A stretch of DNA of 64,000 nt from Scyliorhinus canicula (taxonomy: Eukaryota). Of this stretch, positions 1-13,045 are shown piece after piece (position 1 is the stretch's first letter; every line of letters starts with the position of its first letter). Under the pieces are notes generated by a model. The model saw only the letters and a list, made by a program, of their open reading frames with translations. It made no database searches and was not told where the DNA came from. The translations under genes were made by a program, and so were the position numbers. Location: positions 248,001 to 312,000 of the forward strand of contig NW_024055482.1 of assembly GCF_902713615.1 (NCBI RefSeq), in the 5' to 3' direction.

Positions 1-520
1 CCTGCCCCTTACTCCTGCTCAAAATGCTCATCTTTCCTTAGATACGGGGTCCAAAACTTCTCACAGTACGCCAAATGGGGCATGACCAGGGCCTCATACA
101 GCCACAGAAGTACGTCTGTTCAGTGTCCCCAGAACTTTCTCCTTAGTGATGGCCACTGCACTCACCTCTGCCCCCTGTTTCTCCTGGAGCTTTGGCATCC
201 CACTGGTATCTTCCACCGTGAAGACTGATGCAAAGTAGCTATTCAGTTCGTCTGCCATTTCTTTGTTTCCAATTATTACTTCTCCAGCCACATTGTCCAG
301 TGGTCCAATGTCTATTTTTGCCTCTCTCTTTATATTGAAAAAACTCTTCCCATCTTCATTTATATTAGTAGCTAGCTTGCACTCATATTTCATCTTCGCT
401 CTCCTTATTGATATTTTAGCTGTCATCTGCTCGCTCTTAAAGGCTTCCCAATCCTCTGGCTTCTCACTAATCCTCGCCACTTTTTATGTTTTTTCTTTTG
501 CGTTTATACTGTCCTTGAGT
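1..520 (-). mobile_element. CR1-type LINE ORF2 fragment
   Basis: ORF 94..480 (KLATNINEDGKSFF...KEMADELNSYFASVFTVED) matches the CR1 endonuclease-RT linker. Confidence 0.85.
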
Positions 521-559
521 CTAATGTCACTGAGATAAACTGGCTTCTGCGTGATGGCT

Positions 560-3340
560 ATAATACTTCTTCATTGAGTCACAATAGTGAACATTCCACA
601 TGACTAAACAGGCCTTGCTATTAATCAATTCAATTATAAACTACGCTGAGCTGCACGAGATGTCGATACCCGCTCGGTGTCTCCCTGGAGTCACTCAACA
701 TTCTAACCCCCAACCAAACGAAAATGGAAAATGAATCCTGTGTCTGTTTTTCAAGTAACTGAATCACTCCTTTAATAAAAGTGGACGGCTGTTGCTGGAA
801 TCAGACACAGAAAGAGAAAATACTGGGCACGGTACATCACATCCCTTCCCTCTCCACAGCTGCTGTAAGACCTTCTGGGATTGTCCACTCCTCAGTACGT
901 TAGTGCTGTCCGTGGTAACTAACCACATGATAGAATTATTTTAGAAAGCTGTGGTTCCTGGGCATCCTGCTAGAGGGAGCAACTTGAGTATATATTTCCA
1001 AAAATCCAAACATTGGGCAGTTTCTGACTTTGCGTCTAAATTGGGCAGTATCGTGTGGATTACAATGTCACAATTGTGTTGAATTATTTTACCATTGTTT
1101 TGAGGTGGATTACATTCCTGTAGGAATGCGATATGTTCTGCAGATTCATTCTCAGCGATTTCACACTTTCGCTTAAATTTAACATTCTCATGCTTGCAAC
1201 AGTGGCGGATGTTGGGTCTAATCTGTGAAGCCACCTGACGGACAGTTTTACAGTCGATGTGGTTTTCTGTCCCAGAGGAGAAGTTAACCAGACTGAGTGT
1301 AAAACACGCGGCTCACTCACGCCAGCATGAAACCAATTTCATCCCCATATTCGCCAGGCACTTGCCTAGCATCCGTATCACTAGGCCAGTGTCATAGCCA
1401 CTTTACTAAAGTTTCTTATGGGTTCGGGAGTAGCATTATTGTGCCTTGCAATCACTATTTCCTGTTCTGCACTGTCACTGGGAAAGACAGCTCTTTTGAC
1501 TCCCCCACAACCTGTCTCAGATACAATCCAGCAGCTATGTCCTTTAAGATTCGGCCTACTACGTCTATGCTGGTGCTTCCCGAGGTATTCTTGATGATGG
1601 ACATTGAAGTCCCCCACCCAGAGTACATTTCGTCCCCTTGCCACCTCAGTGTTTCCTCCAAATGATGTTCAGCATGGAGGAGTACTGATTCATCAGCTGT
1701 CGGGGGATGGCACTTGGCAATCAGCAGGATGTTTATTTGTCCATGCTTCATCTGAAACCAGTTTCACGGGATCTGGGGTCGAATTTGGGCTCTCCCAGGG
1801 GAACACCCTCCCGGATGTATAGCGTTGTGCCGCCACCTCTGCTGAGTCTGTTCGACTGGTGGGACAAGGCATACGCAGGGATGGGGAGGATATGTTTCTA
1901 ACCTTCTCTGTGTGTGAGGAGAACACTTGTTAACCGATTTGCTGATCACTTTCCCAGTGCCAAACAGAACAGTTAATCCAGGGGTTCCTGAAGTGTCGTT
2001 CTTCACAGTTTGATGTCTGTCAATCAGAAAATTCGTGTTCAGTCACATTGAAATTGCAGATTGGGACAAGATGACAAACACAGTTTACTGGAAATCAGAA
2101 ACCCATTCGGACTTTAAGCAATGTGTGGCCAACTCTCCCGCTTTATCTGTATGTTTCACTTCAAACTGAAGGAACGATCAGATACTCGGTGTGTTGAAGA
2201 AAATTGGCCTTTGTTTTCTCTGCTTCTCCTTCAGAAGTCATCTGATTAAAACACAGTCTCCTCCGTCCTTGCTCGATACCAGATCTGGGCACCTGTCTGT
2301 GGAGTATGAACAAGGAAAAGCCATACCTTCTTTCTCCAAACATTCTACTGACGCCATAGGTTTCTGAACTGCATTACATTAGCACAGATCTTCGAAAAGT
2401 AATTGCGCAGGGAATAGGTAAATATTTGTATACTGGGATCATCAAGAACTTCGTGTTCCATTCCCTCATCATTCAATCTCACAAAGAGGTCATTCAGCAC
2501 ATGGTGCCTGACTGACCTCTGAGGGGAGCGTTCAAATTACTCTGACTCTATTGCCCTTGCCCCGCTGCCTTGCTAAAGGTTCGAAGTCAGGACGTTATCC
2601 TATTCAATGTTTGACATTTAAATCCGCTTCCACATGTCTTTCAGTCAGTGAACACGTCTCAAATTCACACATCGCAAAGCAAATACCAGCTCAAATTGTC
2701 ACTGGCTCTTTAGCAAATGTCAATCCTTCAAATGCAAGTTCTCTGGTGACTGAACCTTCTGCCACTAGAGGCAATATTTCCTTATTTATTCAACCGGAAT
2801 TGTTGACAGCTGTCAATATCAATCAAATCTTCTCTCAGACTTCCCCGTTTTACGGAGAACAGGATCACATTCCCCAGTCTTTCCACAAAGCGGAAGCATT
2901 TATTCATTGCTTCCATTTTAATGATGTCCCACACCCTCTCCATGGCCCTCAATCATTCATCAGATGTGGTGCACAGATTTGAACAATAATCTAGCCCAGA
3001 TATTATCAACGTTATACAAATGTATAGTCTAACATTTTCACCTTTTGTATTGATAAAGCCAGCAATCTCAAATGCATTTCACAGAAGTCTCAACCTTCCC
3101 TCCCATCACATCACTTCTCTCGCTCTTTCCACAGTGCCTATAAAATTGTATAATTTACTATATATTACCTCTCCTCGTTCTTCCAAGCCCCTAACCCGAT
3201 CCCACAATGTGCATTGTCCTTCTGAATATCTGTCCATTCTCTGTCACTGCAAATTAGAATTCTGAATATGACAGAACTGGAAAGTAATCGTTACTAAATT
3301 GAAGCATTGTTAGAATTGAAAAAAACATAGACGGCGATGG
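560..3340 (-). pseudogene. Decayed intronless gene remnant, tentatively SAMD9/SAMD9L-like, split by an L2 LINE
   Basis: Short, frame-shifted minus-strand peptides (FEDLC*CN; SDQQIG*QVFS; DIVIHTILPNLDAKSETAQCLDF; KTDTGFIF; EEVL*PSRR) fall in the order of SAMD9 motifs recalled from memory. Many stops; similarity is weak. Confidence 0.35.
1325..1905 (-). mobile_element. L2/CR1-clade LINE endonuclease fragment
   Basis: Peptides LLIAKCHPPTADESVLLHAEHHLEE and LWVGDFNVHHQEYLG are APE endonuclease motifs. Confidence 0.8.
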
Positions 3341-3572
3341 TGCAGTAATCATTGTGTATATTGTAAATATCTACCTGGATATTATCAGTGGTCTGTATTA
3401 TATTGTAACCTGATCATCAGTTTCTGGATTGAAGGAAGCTGCCGGCTCCGAGGCTTCGGCATTCTGATCAGTCATTTAAGCAAGACATTGGCGTGCAGAG
3501 GGGGGTGGGGGGGCGACGGTGCATTGGCCCCGGGCATCCATTGGATGGGGGCATTCAATCAGAGAAGGAAAT

Positions 3573-3819
3573 CATTTTTTATTTTTTTTATTTTTTATTT
3601 TTTAAGTTTAGATTACCCAATTATTTTTTTCAATTAAGGGGCAATTTAGCGTGGCCAATCCATCTACTCTGCACATTTTTTGGGTTGTGGGGGCGAAAAC
3701 CACGCAGACACGGGGATAATGTGCAAACTCCACACGGACAGTGACCCAGAGCCGGGATAGAACCTGGGACCTCAGTTCCGTGAGGCGGTTGTGCTAACCA
3801 CTAGGCCACCGTGCTGCCC
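3573..3819 (-). mobile_element. tRNA-derived SINE inserted in the hAT element
   Basis: SINE body flanked by a 13-bp TSD, CAGAGAAGGAAAT (3560-3572 and 3820-3832). Confidence 0.9.
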
Positions 3820-4639
3820 CAGAGAAGGAAATAAGATAGTAATTTTAAAATTTCTGCGGTGATAAATCAATTTTTGGAGGCTCACCGCACTGCAGAGGCA
3901 GTTGTTAGCCCTTTATTCCTTTAACATGGTGTACCCTTTCTGTCTAGAGAAAATGGTGCTTCTCCCCATCCACCCACACGCATGCGCATGACGTACGTGG
4001 TGCAACCATCAAAAGCAACAAGCAGACGTGGCTGTTCGTTCCTGCGTTTCCTCGAGTCATAACTCGTCTTTTCTTCAGCTTTTTGTGCACCTAGATTAGT
4101 TATTTTACCTACTCAGGTTAGTGAATAGCTCTAGAACGGGTGCAACTACGTTTTTTTATAGGTTTTGTGGTGATATTTAATGAAATATTTACGTGGGATG
4201 TAGTAAGAGTGAAGCCTGGATGATCAGAGGACTGCTATGGCATTTAATCTCGGAATAGGAGACATTTATTCCTTAACATGCTAATATTCGAATACAGATA
4301 CCACTAATTTGCAAGTCTATGATATAAATTGCACAAAATTATCAGTGGAGAATCAGTGTGAAATAATTTGATACGAAGGAACAAAGAAATGAAATATGGT
4401 TTATCCGTCTGCAACTGACCGATTGTTTACCATTTTCTTCCCATTTTCTCATGCGTCTTACGGTTTTTGAGATAGAAAATGAAATGTTATGAGTATTTCG
4501 TGTACAACCGAGTGGAGCACAGAACAGGAAAAAAAAGAGGGCCAGAGTCGAAGAAGAGTCCCATCAAAGAGGGGCATTAGATGCATGGATAAAAAGAAGT
4601 AAAGAAGAAGTAGGAGAACCTGGAGAAGTAAAATATGAT

Positions 4640-7356
4640 GTGGGTGCAGAGAAGGATTTTTCTGATACGGATTCAGCTCGGTCAGAACATAATACTCTCT
4701 CTCCTCAGTCTCGTCGTCAGGATGATGATCCACGTGAAGAAGATAAAGAAGATTTTAGCATATTTTTGCAAAGAAGCGATTTTGGCTGTTTGAAGAAACC
4801 GATTCCAGATCATTTGAAGATAACAATATTACAACATGGCCCTGAAAGATATCAGAATAAAAGTGGTCCATTTGCTAAGAAGGATGGGAGATCATTTTCC
4901 AAACAGTGGTTTGACAAAGTTTCCACAAACGGAGAAATTGTGGAGAGAAAATGGTTGTTATACTCTCCATATCGGAAAGCATGCTACTGTTTTGTTTGCT
5001 TTTTGTTTTCAAAGGAGCATTTGTCGCCTGTGTCAAACTTTGGAAAGGAAGACGGTTTCTCGACTTGGAGAAAATTAAATCCAAGAATACCTGACCATGA
5101 GAAAAGCCCTTCTCATAGAGCTCACATGAGGGAATACCTGAACCTCGTAGTTCGACTCCATCATTCAACTACGATAGATGCTGAACTTCAACAGCAAATG
5201 TCTGCTGAAAAGAAAAGGTGGAAAGCTATAACTGAACGGATTGTCGAGGTTATATCCTTTCTGGCAAAACAGAATCTGGCCTATCGTGGTCATCGAGGAG
5301 AAGGAATACCTGGGTTATCAGAGCCAGATGAGACAGTCAGCGAAAATACAGGAAACTTTCTAGCAACAATCAGACTTTTGGCCAAATATGATGACATCTT
5401 AGCAAAACACTTGCAGAGAGGGAAAGAGAAACCAAAAAGTGTCACCTACTTGTCCAACAGAATTCAAAACGAAATAATCAATCTTCTTGGTGGAACTGTC
5501 AAGAAAAATATAATTTCCGAAATTAAGGACGCAAAATATTTTAGCATAATGCTGGATTCAACTCCAGATATTGCCCATGAAGATCAGGTTTCTGAAATTC
5601 TGCGTTACGTTCATATTGATGAAAACAGAAAAGTAGAAATAAAGGAGACATTTCTGGGATTTTTTTCAAGTCAACAAGAAAGATGCAGTCAGCCTGGTAA
5701 ATAAACTTCAGGAAAAATTGGAAGAAGACAACATTTCCATGAATGACTGTTGTGGTCAAGCATATGATAATGCAGCAGTTATGGCTGGAGTGAGATGAGG
5801 TGTTCAACAAGAAATTCTTGAAGTTAACCCAAAAGCTGTGTTTGTGAACTGCGAGAAGCACAGCCTCAATTTGGCCTGTGTCCATAGAAGTGAGGTGCAA
5901 CCTGTTGTTGTTATATTTTTTGGCATTCTAGAAAAACTCTTCACTTTTTTTCTTCATCTACTCTTTGGGAAGTGTTAAAATCATTTGTCACTCGGACTGT
6001 GAAACGACAGTGTGACACAAGATGGAGTTCCTGCCATGATGCTGTGCAAGTAATCCAAGAAGAGTGTGACAACGTTATTGCAAGCCTTCAACACCTGCTG
6101 GAAGGAGAATTTTGAAGGGAAACTAAATCTGATGCAGGATCGCTACTGAACTCTATTCAACAGTTCCCGTTTATAGCTTTATTAAATTTTTGGTAGTCAG
6201 TTTTATCATCAGTGGAGAAAGTCTCAAAACGTTTGCAGGATCCAAAAATGGGGTTCCATGAAGCTTCTTGTGATCTGAGAGGACTTATTCATATCTTGAA
6301 TTTGAAGAATGACGAAATTATCCGCAATGCAATAGATTTAGCCAATGAACACGGTAGCATGGTGGTTAGCATAAATGCTTCACAGCTCCAGGGTCCCAGG
6401 TTCGATTCCCGGCTGGATCACTGTCTGTGCGGAGTCTGCACGTCCTCCCCGTGTGTGCGTGGGTTTCCTCCGGGTGCTCCGGTTTCCTCCCACAGTCCAA
6501 AGATGTGCGGGTTAGGTGGATTGGCCATGCTAAATAGCCCGTAGTGTCCTAAAAAGTAAGGTTAAAGGGGGGGGGGGGGTTGTTGGGTTACAGGTATAGG
6601 GTGGATACGTGGGTATGAGTAGGGTGATCATTGCTCGGCACAACATCGAGGGCCGAAGGGCCTGTTCTGTGCTGTACTGTTCTATGTTCTATGTAATATT
6701 GTGAAAATTGGGGAATACCAATTGCACGAACAAGGAGAAGAATAATAATGCCTGGAGAGTCAGCAAGAGATAGTGGACTGACGGCACAAGAAGAAATGAA
6801 TAGAGTAATGGTAGAGATTGTGAACAGATTAAAAACTGAAATTGAAGACCGGAGTGTCCGTCTTCAAAGACTCGGTGACCGATTTTCTGTTCTTCTGAAC
6901 TTGAATTCAGTAGTGATTGAAGATGAACAAGAAAGAGAGAAATTAAAAAAGGAATGTTCAGACTTTGCAAATTATTATGACAATGATGTGGTTGCAATTC
7001 AGTTATATGACGAAATTATTGATTTTGTGATGCTCCTTCGAGCTGGAGGGAATAGAGTTCCCTCTGATCCTAAAGATGCTCTGGAGTCTTTACTGCAGTA
7101 TGGGAGGGATGTCTTTCCGATGCTGTGTGTTTCATACAGATTACTGCTTACAATCGCATTTTCAGTCGCAAGCTGTGAAAGGTCATTTTCAAAACTGAAA
7201 TTAATAAAAACATATCTGAGGTCTTCTATGTCACAGGAGCGACTGACCAACCTGGCTTTAATAAGCATTGAAAAAGAATTTCTCACAGCTGATGTAAAAA
7301 GTGAAGTAGTTCAGGTGTTTTGTGACAGGAGGTATCATTTGGGGAAAAGAACTTAA
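4640..7356 (+). pseudogene. hAT transposase pseudogene
   Basis: ORF 4640..5704 has a TTF zinc finger (WLLYSPYRKACYCFVCFLF) and FSIMLDSTPDIAHEDQ. +1 frameshift in the T7 run at 5660-5666, then YDNAAVMAG and CEKHSLNL with stops. SINE insertion at ~6348-6691. C-terminal hAT dimerisation domain (SVASCERSFSKLKLIKTYLRSSMSQERL) in ORF 6748..7356. Confidence 0.9.
6348..6691 (+). mobile_element. HE1-type V-SINE
   Basis: tRNA-like head (GGTTCGATTCCC B box), V-domain core GGTTTCCTCCGGGTGCTCCGGTTTCCTCCCAC, CR1-like tail ending in (TTCTATG)n. Confidence 0.9.
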
Positions 7357-7744
7357 TAAATTTGATTGATTTATATTAAAATCGAATAAAGTGTTTATTT
7401 CATGTTTCATCTGTGTTTATATATTCAAAATGTTTTCCCTTCTCATAATATTTCTCAGTATATTAGGCCTTATACTTGAGTCTTTGGGGCATACAATCAA
7501 GATTTTCCCCGGGCATCACCAGACCTCTGCACGCCACTGAAGCGAGGTTCCATGAACCGTTTCAGAGTTTTGTTAAAGGTATTACCGGCACCATTGCAAT
7601 AATAGTGTAAATACGACCACCCAACAAAATCACATGGACCGATCTCCCAACTCATTTCTGAAATGAAAAGGGGGCGAGAGCATCTACTGACAGAACAACT
7701 CGTCCTCCGAACCCCTGTTCAATAGACTGAGGTGGGAGAGGTTG

Positions 7745-8060
7745 TTTAATAATAATCATAATAATCTTTATTATTGTCACAAGTAGCCTTGCATTAACAC
7801 TGCAATGAAGTTACTGTGAAAATCCGCCGGTCGCCGCATTCCGGCGCCTGTATGGGTACACAGAGGGATAATTCAGAACGTCCAATTAACCTAACAGCAC
7901 GTCTCTCGGGACTTGTGGGAGGAAACCGCAGCACCCGGAGGAAATCCACGCAGACACGGGGAGAACATGCAGACTCCGCACAGACAGTGACCCAGCAGGG
8001 AATCAAACCCGGGACCCTGGCGCTGTACAGCAACGATGCCAACCATTGTGCTACCATGCG
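7745..8060 (-). mobile_element. V-SINE
   Basis: Reverse-complement V-domain and tRNA-like head. Confidence 0.85.
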
Positions 8061-8337
8061 GCGCAGTTTGAGCTCCGTTTGAACTGCAGCTCACAAAACT
8101 AATGAAGCGATAGGCAAGTGGAGGCTCCGTGGTAGCAAGAGCTGTGGATGTTCACAACCGGCTGCCCCGCTTAAATACTCAAGTTCTGCTGTGAGGTGCA
8201 CTGTGGGCGTGGCCTAATTTACCGATTTAAGGGCGTAATTTAATTTCAGTTCAGGTCTGAGGAGCAGTCTCCCAGAGCAGTCCAGGTTTGCAGTCTCCCG
8301 ATCCCCGTCATCTAAACCATCAGCTCCAGGCAGCAGA

Positions 8338-8383
8338 ATGATGGGAATCCTCCTTGTTTTCACCCTGTGCGTCTGTTTACCCC
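8338..8383 (+). CDS. Leader exon of NAR-TCR V
   Basis: ATG at 8338, hydrophobic MMGILLVFTLCVCLP, phase-1 donor C|GTGAGT. Confidence 0.85.
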
Positions 8384-8532
8384 GTGAGTACCAATCAGAC
8401 TAACCCACATTGTGTGGATTTAATATAAAGCTGCCCGAGTCCATCCCAATGACAGACCCAGTCTGGGGTTTTAGCCCTGATGTGTGTTTCTGGCTGTGAT
8501 GGTCCATTAAACTGTCTCTGTTTAATTTCCAG

Positions 8533-8815
8533 GATGTTTGAGTCAGTCAGTGACACAGAGCCCAGGAGCGGTGACCAGCGAGGAGTGTCAGTCTCTCACC
8601 ATTAACTGTGTGTATTACGGTCATAATTGGGGTTATTCTTTCGAAAATGGACATTTCTTCAGACAACCCCAGCCCGGGGCAGATTGGGAGCGGATCTCCA
8701 GCGGAGGGAGATTTGTTGTGTCGGTGAATAAAGCAGAAAAGACATTTTCGCTGGAAATTCGGGATGTGAGAGTTGAAGACAGCGCCACCTATTACTGTAA
8801 AGCTCAGTACTGGAA
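8533..8815 (+). CDS. NAR-TCR V segment (IgNAR-like V domain lacking CDR2)
   Basis: Acceptor TTCCAG at 8532. Open frame QSVTQSPGAVTSEECQSLTINC...ISSGGRFVVSVNKAEKTFSLEIRDVRVEDSATYYCKAQYW with VNAR architecture and an extra FR1 Cys (8586-8588). Phe stands where the FR2 Trp usually is. Confidence 0.88.
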
Positions 8816-8855
8816 CACACTGTGATGGGTCCCGGCTTCCCGCAGTACAAAATCC
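8816..8855 (+). promoter_or_regulatory. 23-type RSS of NAR-TCR V
   Basis: CACACTG(8816)-23-TACAAAATC, or CACTGTG(8818)-22-ACAAAATCC. Confidence 0.8.
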
Positions 8856-9178
8856 CTCACTGCGGATTATCACAGAAACAAATGTAAAAGCGGAGTTAAT
8901 CTGCCCTGAAACCCCCACAGTTCCGCCTCGCACTGTCTGTCCCGTGCTCTGGTTTATAATGAGACTGGGTCATTCCCGTTAACATCTTGAGATTTATAAA
9001 CGCCGAGTTTGTGCGGATGTTGATGCTTTTCGAGAAATTAGTGTCAGTGAATGGAGATTGGGAATAACTGATCTCAGTGACGAACCCTCAGACCAGCCGG
9101 ATCCTGTTCCAACAGAGGGAACTGGGAACCGCAGTCCCCACTGTTGAAGTTATGTCCCCACGTTCACCATATAGCCGG

Positions 9179-9249
9179 GGATTTTATATTGACTTGCCAT
9201 ACTGTGCTGGGTTGGACTATTCACAGTGACAGAGACCGGGACAATTTCC
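9179..9249 (+). other. NAR-TCR D segment (9207-9221) with 12/12 RSS
   Basis: GGATTTTAT-12-TACTGTG | CTGGGTTGGACTATT | CACAGTG-12-ACAATTTCC. Confidence 0.88.
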
Positions 9250-9561
9250 TCCGCACAAAGCAAGTAACAATTCGCCCGGCCTGGTGGCGAATTATCGGGA
9301 TGATGTTATCATGGCTGTAACCTGGTTACGTTTCATTGTCATTTCCACCATTTCCATCTTTCTTTATCATTTTCGTCGGTTTATATGAAGCGAATATTTC
9401 CTACCTCCAGCCATTTAGTCATAGCTCAGGGCCTCACAGAGAACGGTTTAAATCAACAGAGTCTCTGAAACATTGGATGTTGTTTATGTATTTCAACCCC
9501 CCGAATAATTGGGCAGCTTCGAATGATTGGTGATCATTTTCCTGCTGGTTGAGGTGTCAGT

Positions 9562-9652
9562 GGTTATTGTAGCGGGGAGTCTGACAGCCGTTCACTGTGT
9601 GATAACTGGAAATATGCAGATGGATCCGGGACGGTGGTGACTGTCACAGCCG
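9562..9652 (+). other. NAR-TCR J segment (9600-9652) with 23-type RSS
   Basis: GGTTATTGT-22-CACTGTG, then DNWKYADGSGTVVTVTA (NAR-type J) and phase-1 donor G|GTAAGT. Confidence 0.88.
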
Positions 9653-10407
9653 GTAAGTGTCTCCAAACCCCGCTATTTTACAGAGCGTGTCCGTGAATGT
9701 TAGCCCTCAGTTTATTATTATGATCCGTATTTCTTAAAACCGATTGAAACTGCAGCTGATCTGCTTTCTAAGTAATATTCTTGGCGGCAAATTTTGATTT
9801 CAGAGCAGAATATGATTCTGGAGTTGGGTCCAGGTCTTTCCTGTGGAAACTGTATATGGAGCAGGAGGTCAGAGGGATAGGGGTAGTGGTAATTTGGGTT
9901 GAGTTGTGGTGTTGGTGGGTGTTGACAGTATGTGGACCGTTACTAGTTTAATGGCACATCATGTCCATGCTCAACATCACAGGCTCTATCATTCCTAACT
10001 GTTTTTAATGAAAGCAGATTGTCGACAGTCCGGACTCCGCTGTCGGAGTTGGTCTGTGAGGGGGGTCTGTGTCTGTCCATTTGGTCACCACATCGGCTCT
10101 TAGAGCTCTCTCCACGGCAGCCGTTCGTTCTCCGAACTGTGCAATGTGATTGATGCACCATGTGAAGAAACGCAACATTTGAGAAAACGCATGTACCGAC
10201 ATTTGAAACAGTCCGGAGAAAATTCACGAGGTTGGCCCCGTCTTTGGAGGTAATTTCTATAAAGGAGATTCGAAGAAAGAGACTTGACCTTATTGAGACA
10301 CATAGGATAATCTGGGGGTTTGACAGGCTGGATCCTGAGAGGATTTCCTTTTGTGGGAGTGTCTCGAACCAGAGGGCATAATCTCTGAGTCAAGGGGCGC
10401 CATGTAA

Positions 10408-10755
10408 AACAGAGATTACATAGAACAGTACAGCACAGAACAGGCCCTTCGGCCCTCGATGTTGTGCCGAGCAATGATCACCCCACTCAAACCCACGTAT
10501 CCACCCTATACCCGTAACCCAACAACACCCCCCCCTAACCTTACTTTTTAAGGACACTACGGGCAATTTAGCATGGCCAATCCACCTAACCCGCACATCT
10601 TTGGACTGTGGGAGGAAACCGGAGCACCCAGAGGAAACCCACGCACACACGGGGAAGACGTGCAGACTCCGCACAGACAGTGACCCAGCCGGGAACCGAA
10701 CCTGGGACCCTGGAGCTGTGAAGCATTTATGCTAACCACCATGCTACCGTGCTGC
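10408..10755 (-). mobile_element. HE1-type V-SINE nested in a CR1 3' fragment
   Basis: Near-identical reverse complement of the SINE at 6348-6691. Confidence 0.9.
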
Positions 10756-10939
10756 GGTACGGTAGGAGGAATTACGATTAGGAGGAATTTGTTCTCTCAG
10801 ACGGCCGTGAAACTGTGAAATATTGGCGCTAAGCATGTTCAAGGCTGAAAGAGACAGACATATATTCAGTAAGGGCGTCGAGCGTTAGGGGTATAAGGTG
10901 GGATAGTAGAGTTGAGGATTATCGTCATGAAAAATTTTA

Positions 10940-11530
10940 AGGTGGAAAAGTCCCCAGGGCCTGATGGGATACTGAAGAAGGCTAGCGAGGAAATTGCTGA
11001 GGCCTTGATAGAAATCTTTGGATCCTCACTGTCTTCAGGTATGTTCCAGAGGACTGAAGAATAGCCTATGTTGTTCTATTGTTTAAGAAGGGAGCAAGGA
11101 TAATCCAGGGAACTATAAGCCGGTGAGCCTTACATCAGTGGTAGGGAAATTAGTGGAGAGAATTCTTCGAGATAGGATTTACTCCCATTTGGAAGCAAGT
11201 AGATGTATGAGTGAAAGGCAGCATGGTTTTGTGAAGGGGAGGTCGTGTCTCACTAACTTAATAGAGTTTTTCAAGGAGAACACAATGGTGGTTGCTGCAG
11301 GTAGTGCAGTGGATGTTGACTATATGGACTTCAGTAAGGCCTTTGACAAGGTCCCTCATGCAGACTGGTACAAAATGTGAAGTCATACGTGATCAGATGT
11401 GAGCTTGCAAGAAGGATTCAGAACTGGCTAGGTCATAGAAGGCAGAGAGTAGCAATGGAAGGGTGCTTTGCTGAATGGAGGACTGTGACTACTGGTGGTG
11501 TTCCGCAGGGATCAGTGCTGGGACTACGGT
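10940..11530 (+). mobile_element. CR1 LINE RT fragment
   Basis: LTSVVGKLVERILRDRIY...QHGFVKGRSCLTNLIEFF...YMDFSKAFDKVPH...GVPQGSVLG. Confidence 0.9.
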
Positions 11531-12259
11531 CTGAAATGCTGCATAGGGTTCTGTCACCTCAGTTCAGAAATTATCTCCATGCTTGGGAGGAAATTTAACA
11601 AATATTCCTGAGATAAATTACTGTGAGTAGAAATTGAGTTATTTAGACCGAGATTCCATGTAATGTAGAGCCCTGAGATGTAACTTCATCAGAACATACC
11701 ATATGTTCAAAGGGCTTGGCAGAACAGATACTGGGTAAGTGTATCCAGGCTGGCTAGGTTATAACTTGGGATCCCAGTTTCAGAATATGTGTTTCGGCAG
11801 TAGAGTTAAGAAGAGGATACATTTCTTTTGTTAACCAATTCTTGTGAATCTTTGATTTCTGTTTCTCAGAGAGTTCTGGATTCTCAGATGTGAGTTTATT
11901 CATAGACGTGTTCAATAGGTTATTAGATATAAAAGTAACAAAGGTTATGGCGACAATGGGGGGACTGGTTGTTGAGGTAGGGGATCAGCGAGCATATAAT
12001 GAATGGCGGGTCAACTTTGAAAGGTGGTCTCGTCGGTATTACTTCTACCCGTTAGAAATTGTCTTTTGAATCTTGCGGTTCTGAGGACGGAAATCAGCTG
12101 CAATGCAAATCTCTCTGGAAAGGTTCAACATGTTGGGTCCACTTTCGCCGAGGGATGGAGAATCACGAGGAGGATTTATAGGTGAATTAAATTATGAACA
12201 TAAATCTGAATGGTGATTTGTGCGTTTTTCCAGAGAAAGGGACGGTGAACATGTAATAG

Positions 12260-13045
12260 TCATTAACAGAAAACAGACACAAATTGGAAACAGATATTTC
12301 TACACAGAGACATCAGGGTGTACTAATCGCTGCCACATTGAGTGGTTGGCGCAGAGACTATTGTTTCAGAAATGGGTAGGATGGAAAATAAAGGAGGGGA
12401 AACAGAATGGAGCGACACAAGGTGCTGGATGGAAATGGCCAACTCGATTTCGGGCGGGTTAGGCTGACCTGGAGTATGCACAGACATAAATCAGTTGGGC
12501 CAAATCGTTCATTCCTCTTCAGTAGATTATACACAATATAAAATTTACAGAAAAGTTCGCTCAGAGAACCCGAGAGACAATCAGTTAATAAACTGAAAGA
12601 ATTGTTATTGTCAGAGAGCCGGAAGAGGCAGTTCCCAGTGAGTAACAGCGAAACCCACTGCGGAAACTGAACAGACAGAACCCAACCGACAACTCAGAGA
12701 CTTTGGGACAAGTTCCCACGATCACGAAAAGCACAAACAGCGCAAAGTAAATGAGGAAATAAAATGAAACTAACAGTAAATTATTCCATTTAAAGAGAAA
12801 CGGAGAAAAATATTATTGATTCAAGAAAATAGACAGAGTAAAAGGCAATCAGAAACTCCGGGAAATGTTAAACTGCAGTCAGTGATTGAAATCTAACTAC
12901 GGATGTCCAACGTCGGTTTGTATCCATAGCCAATGAATCGCAATCATTTTCTGTTGGATCTTGCTGTGCTAAGTGATGAATGCAGTTCGGTTACACTCGG
13001 CCAATTATATCAGGAAACAGATTGTCTCACTGATATGAAAATGTT
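12260..13045 (-). repeat. Left arm of an ~800-bp inverted duplication (partner ~14815-15600)
   Basis: Reverse complement aligns by eye along its length with 14815-15600. Core 12609-12722 vs 15138-15251 has 4 mismatches in 114 nt. Confidence 0.85.

Larger units (their letters stand above)
3486..7539 (+). mobile_element. Full-length non-functional hAT DNA transposon (ZMYM1/DUF4371-type transposase)
   Basis: TIRs CATTGGCGTGCAGAGG (3486-3501) and CCTCTGCACGCCACTG (7524-7539) match 15/16. Degenerate 8-bp TSD AAGCAAGA/AAGCGAGG. Transposase motifs listed below. Confidence 0.9.

Noticed and set aside
6348-6430. SINE heads here and at many other sites as tRNA genes
   Set aside because: They continue into the V-domain and LINE-derived tail and lack a full cloverleaf.
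8856-9178. A second NAR-TCR D segment
   Set aside because: Heptamer-like words (8916, 8931) lack correctly spaced nonamers.
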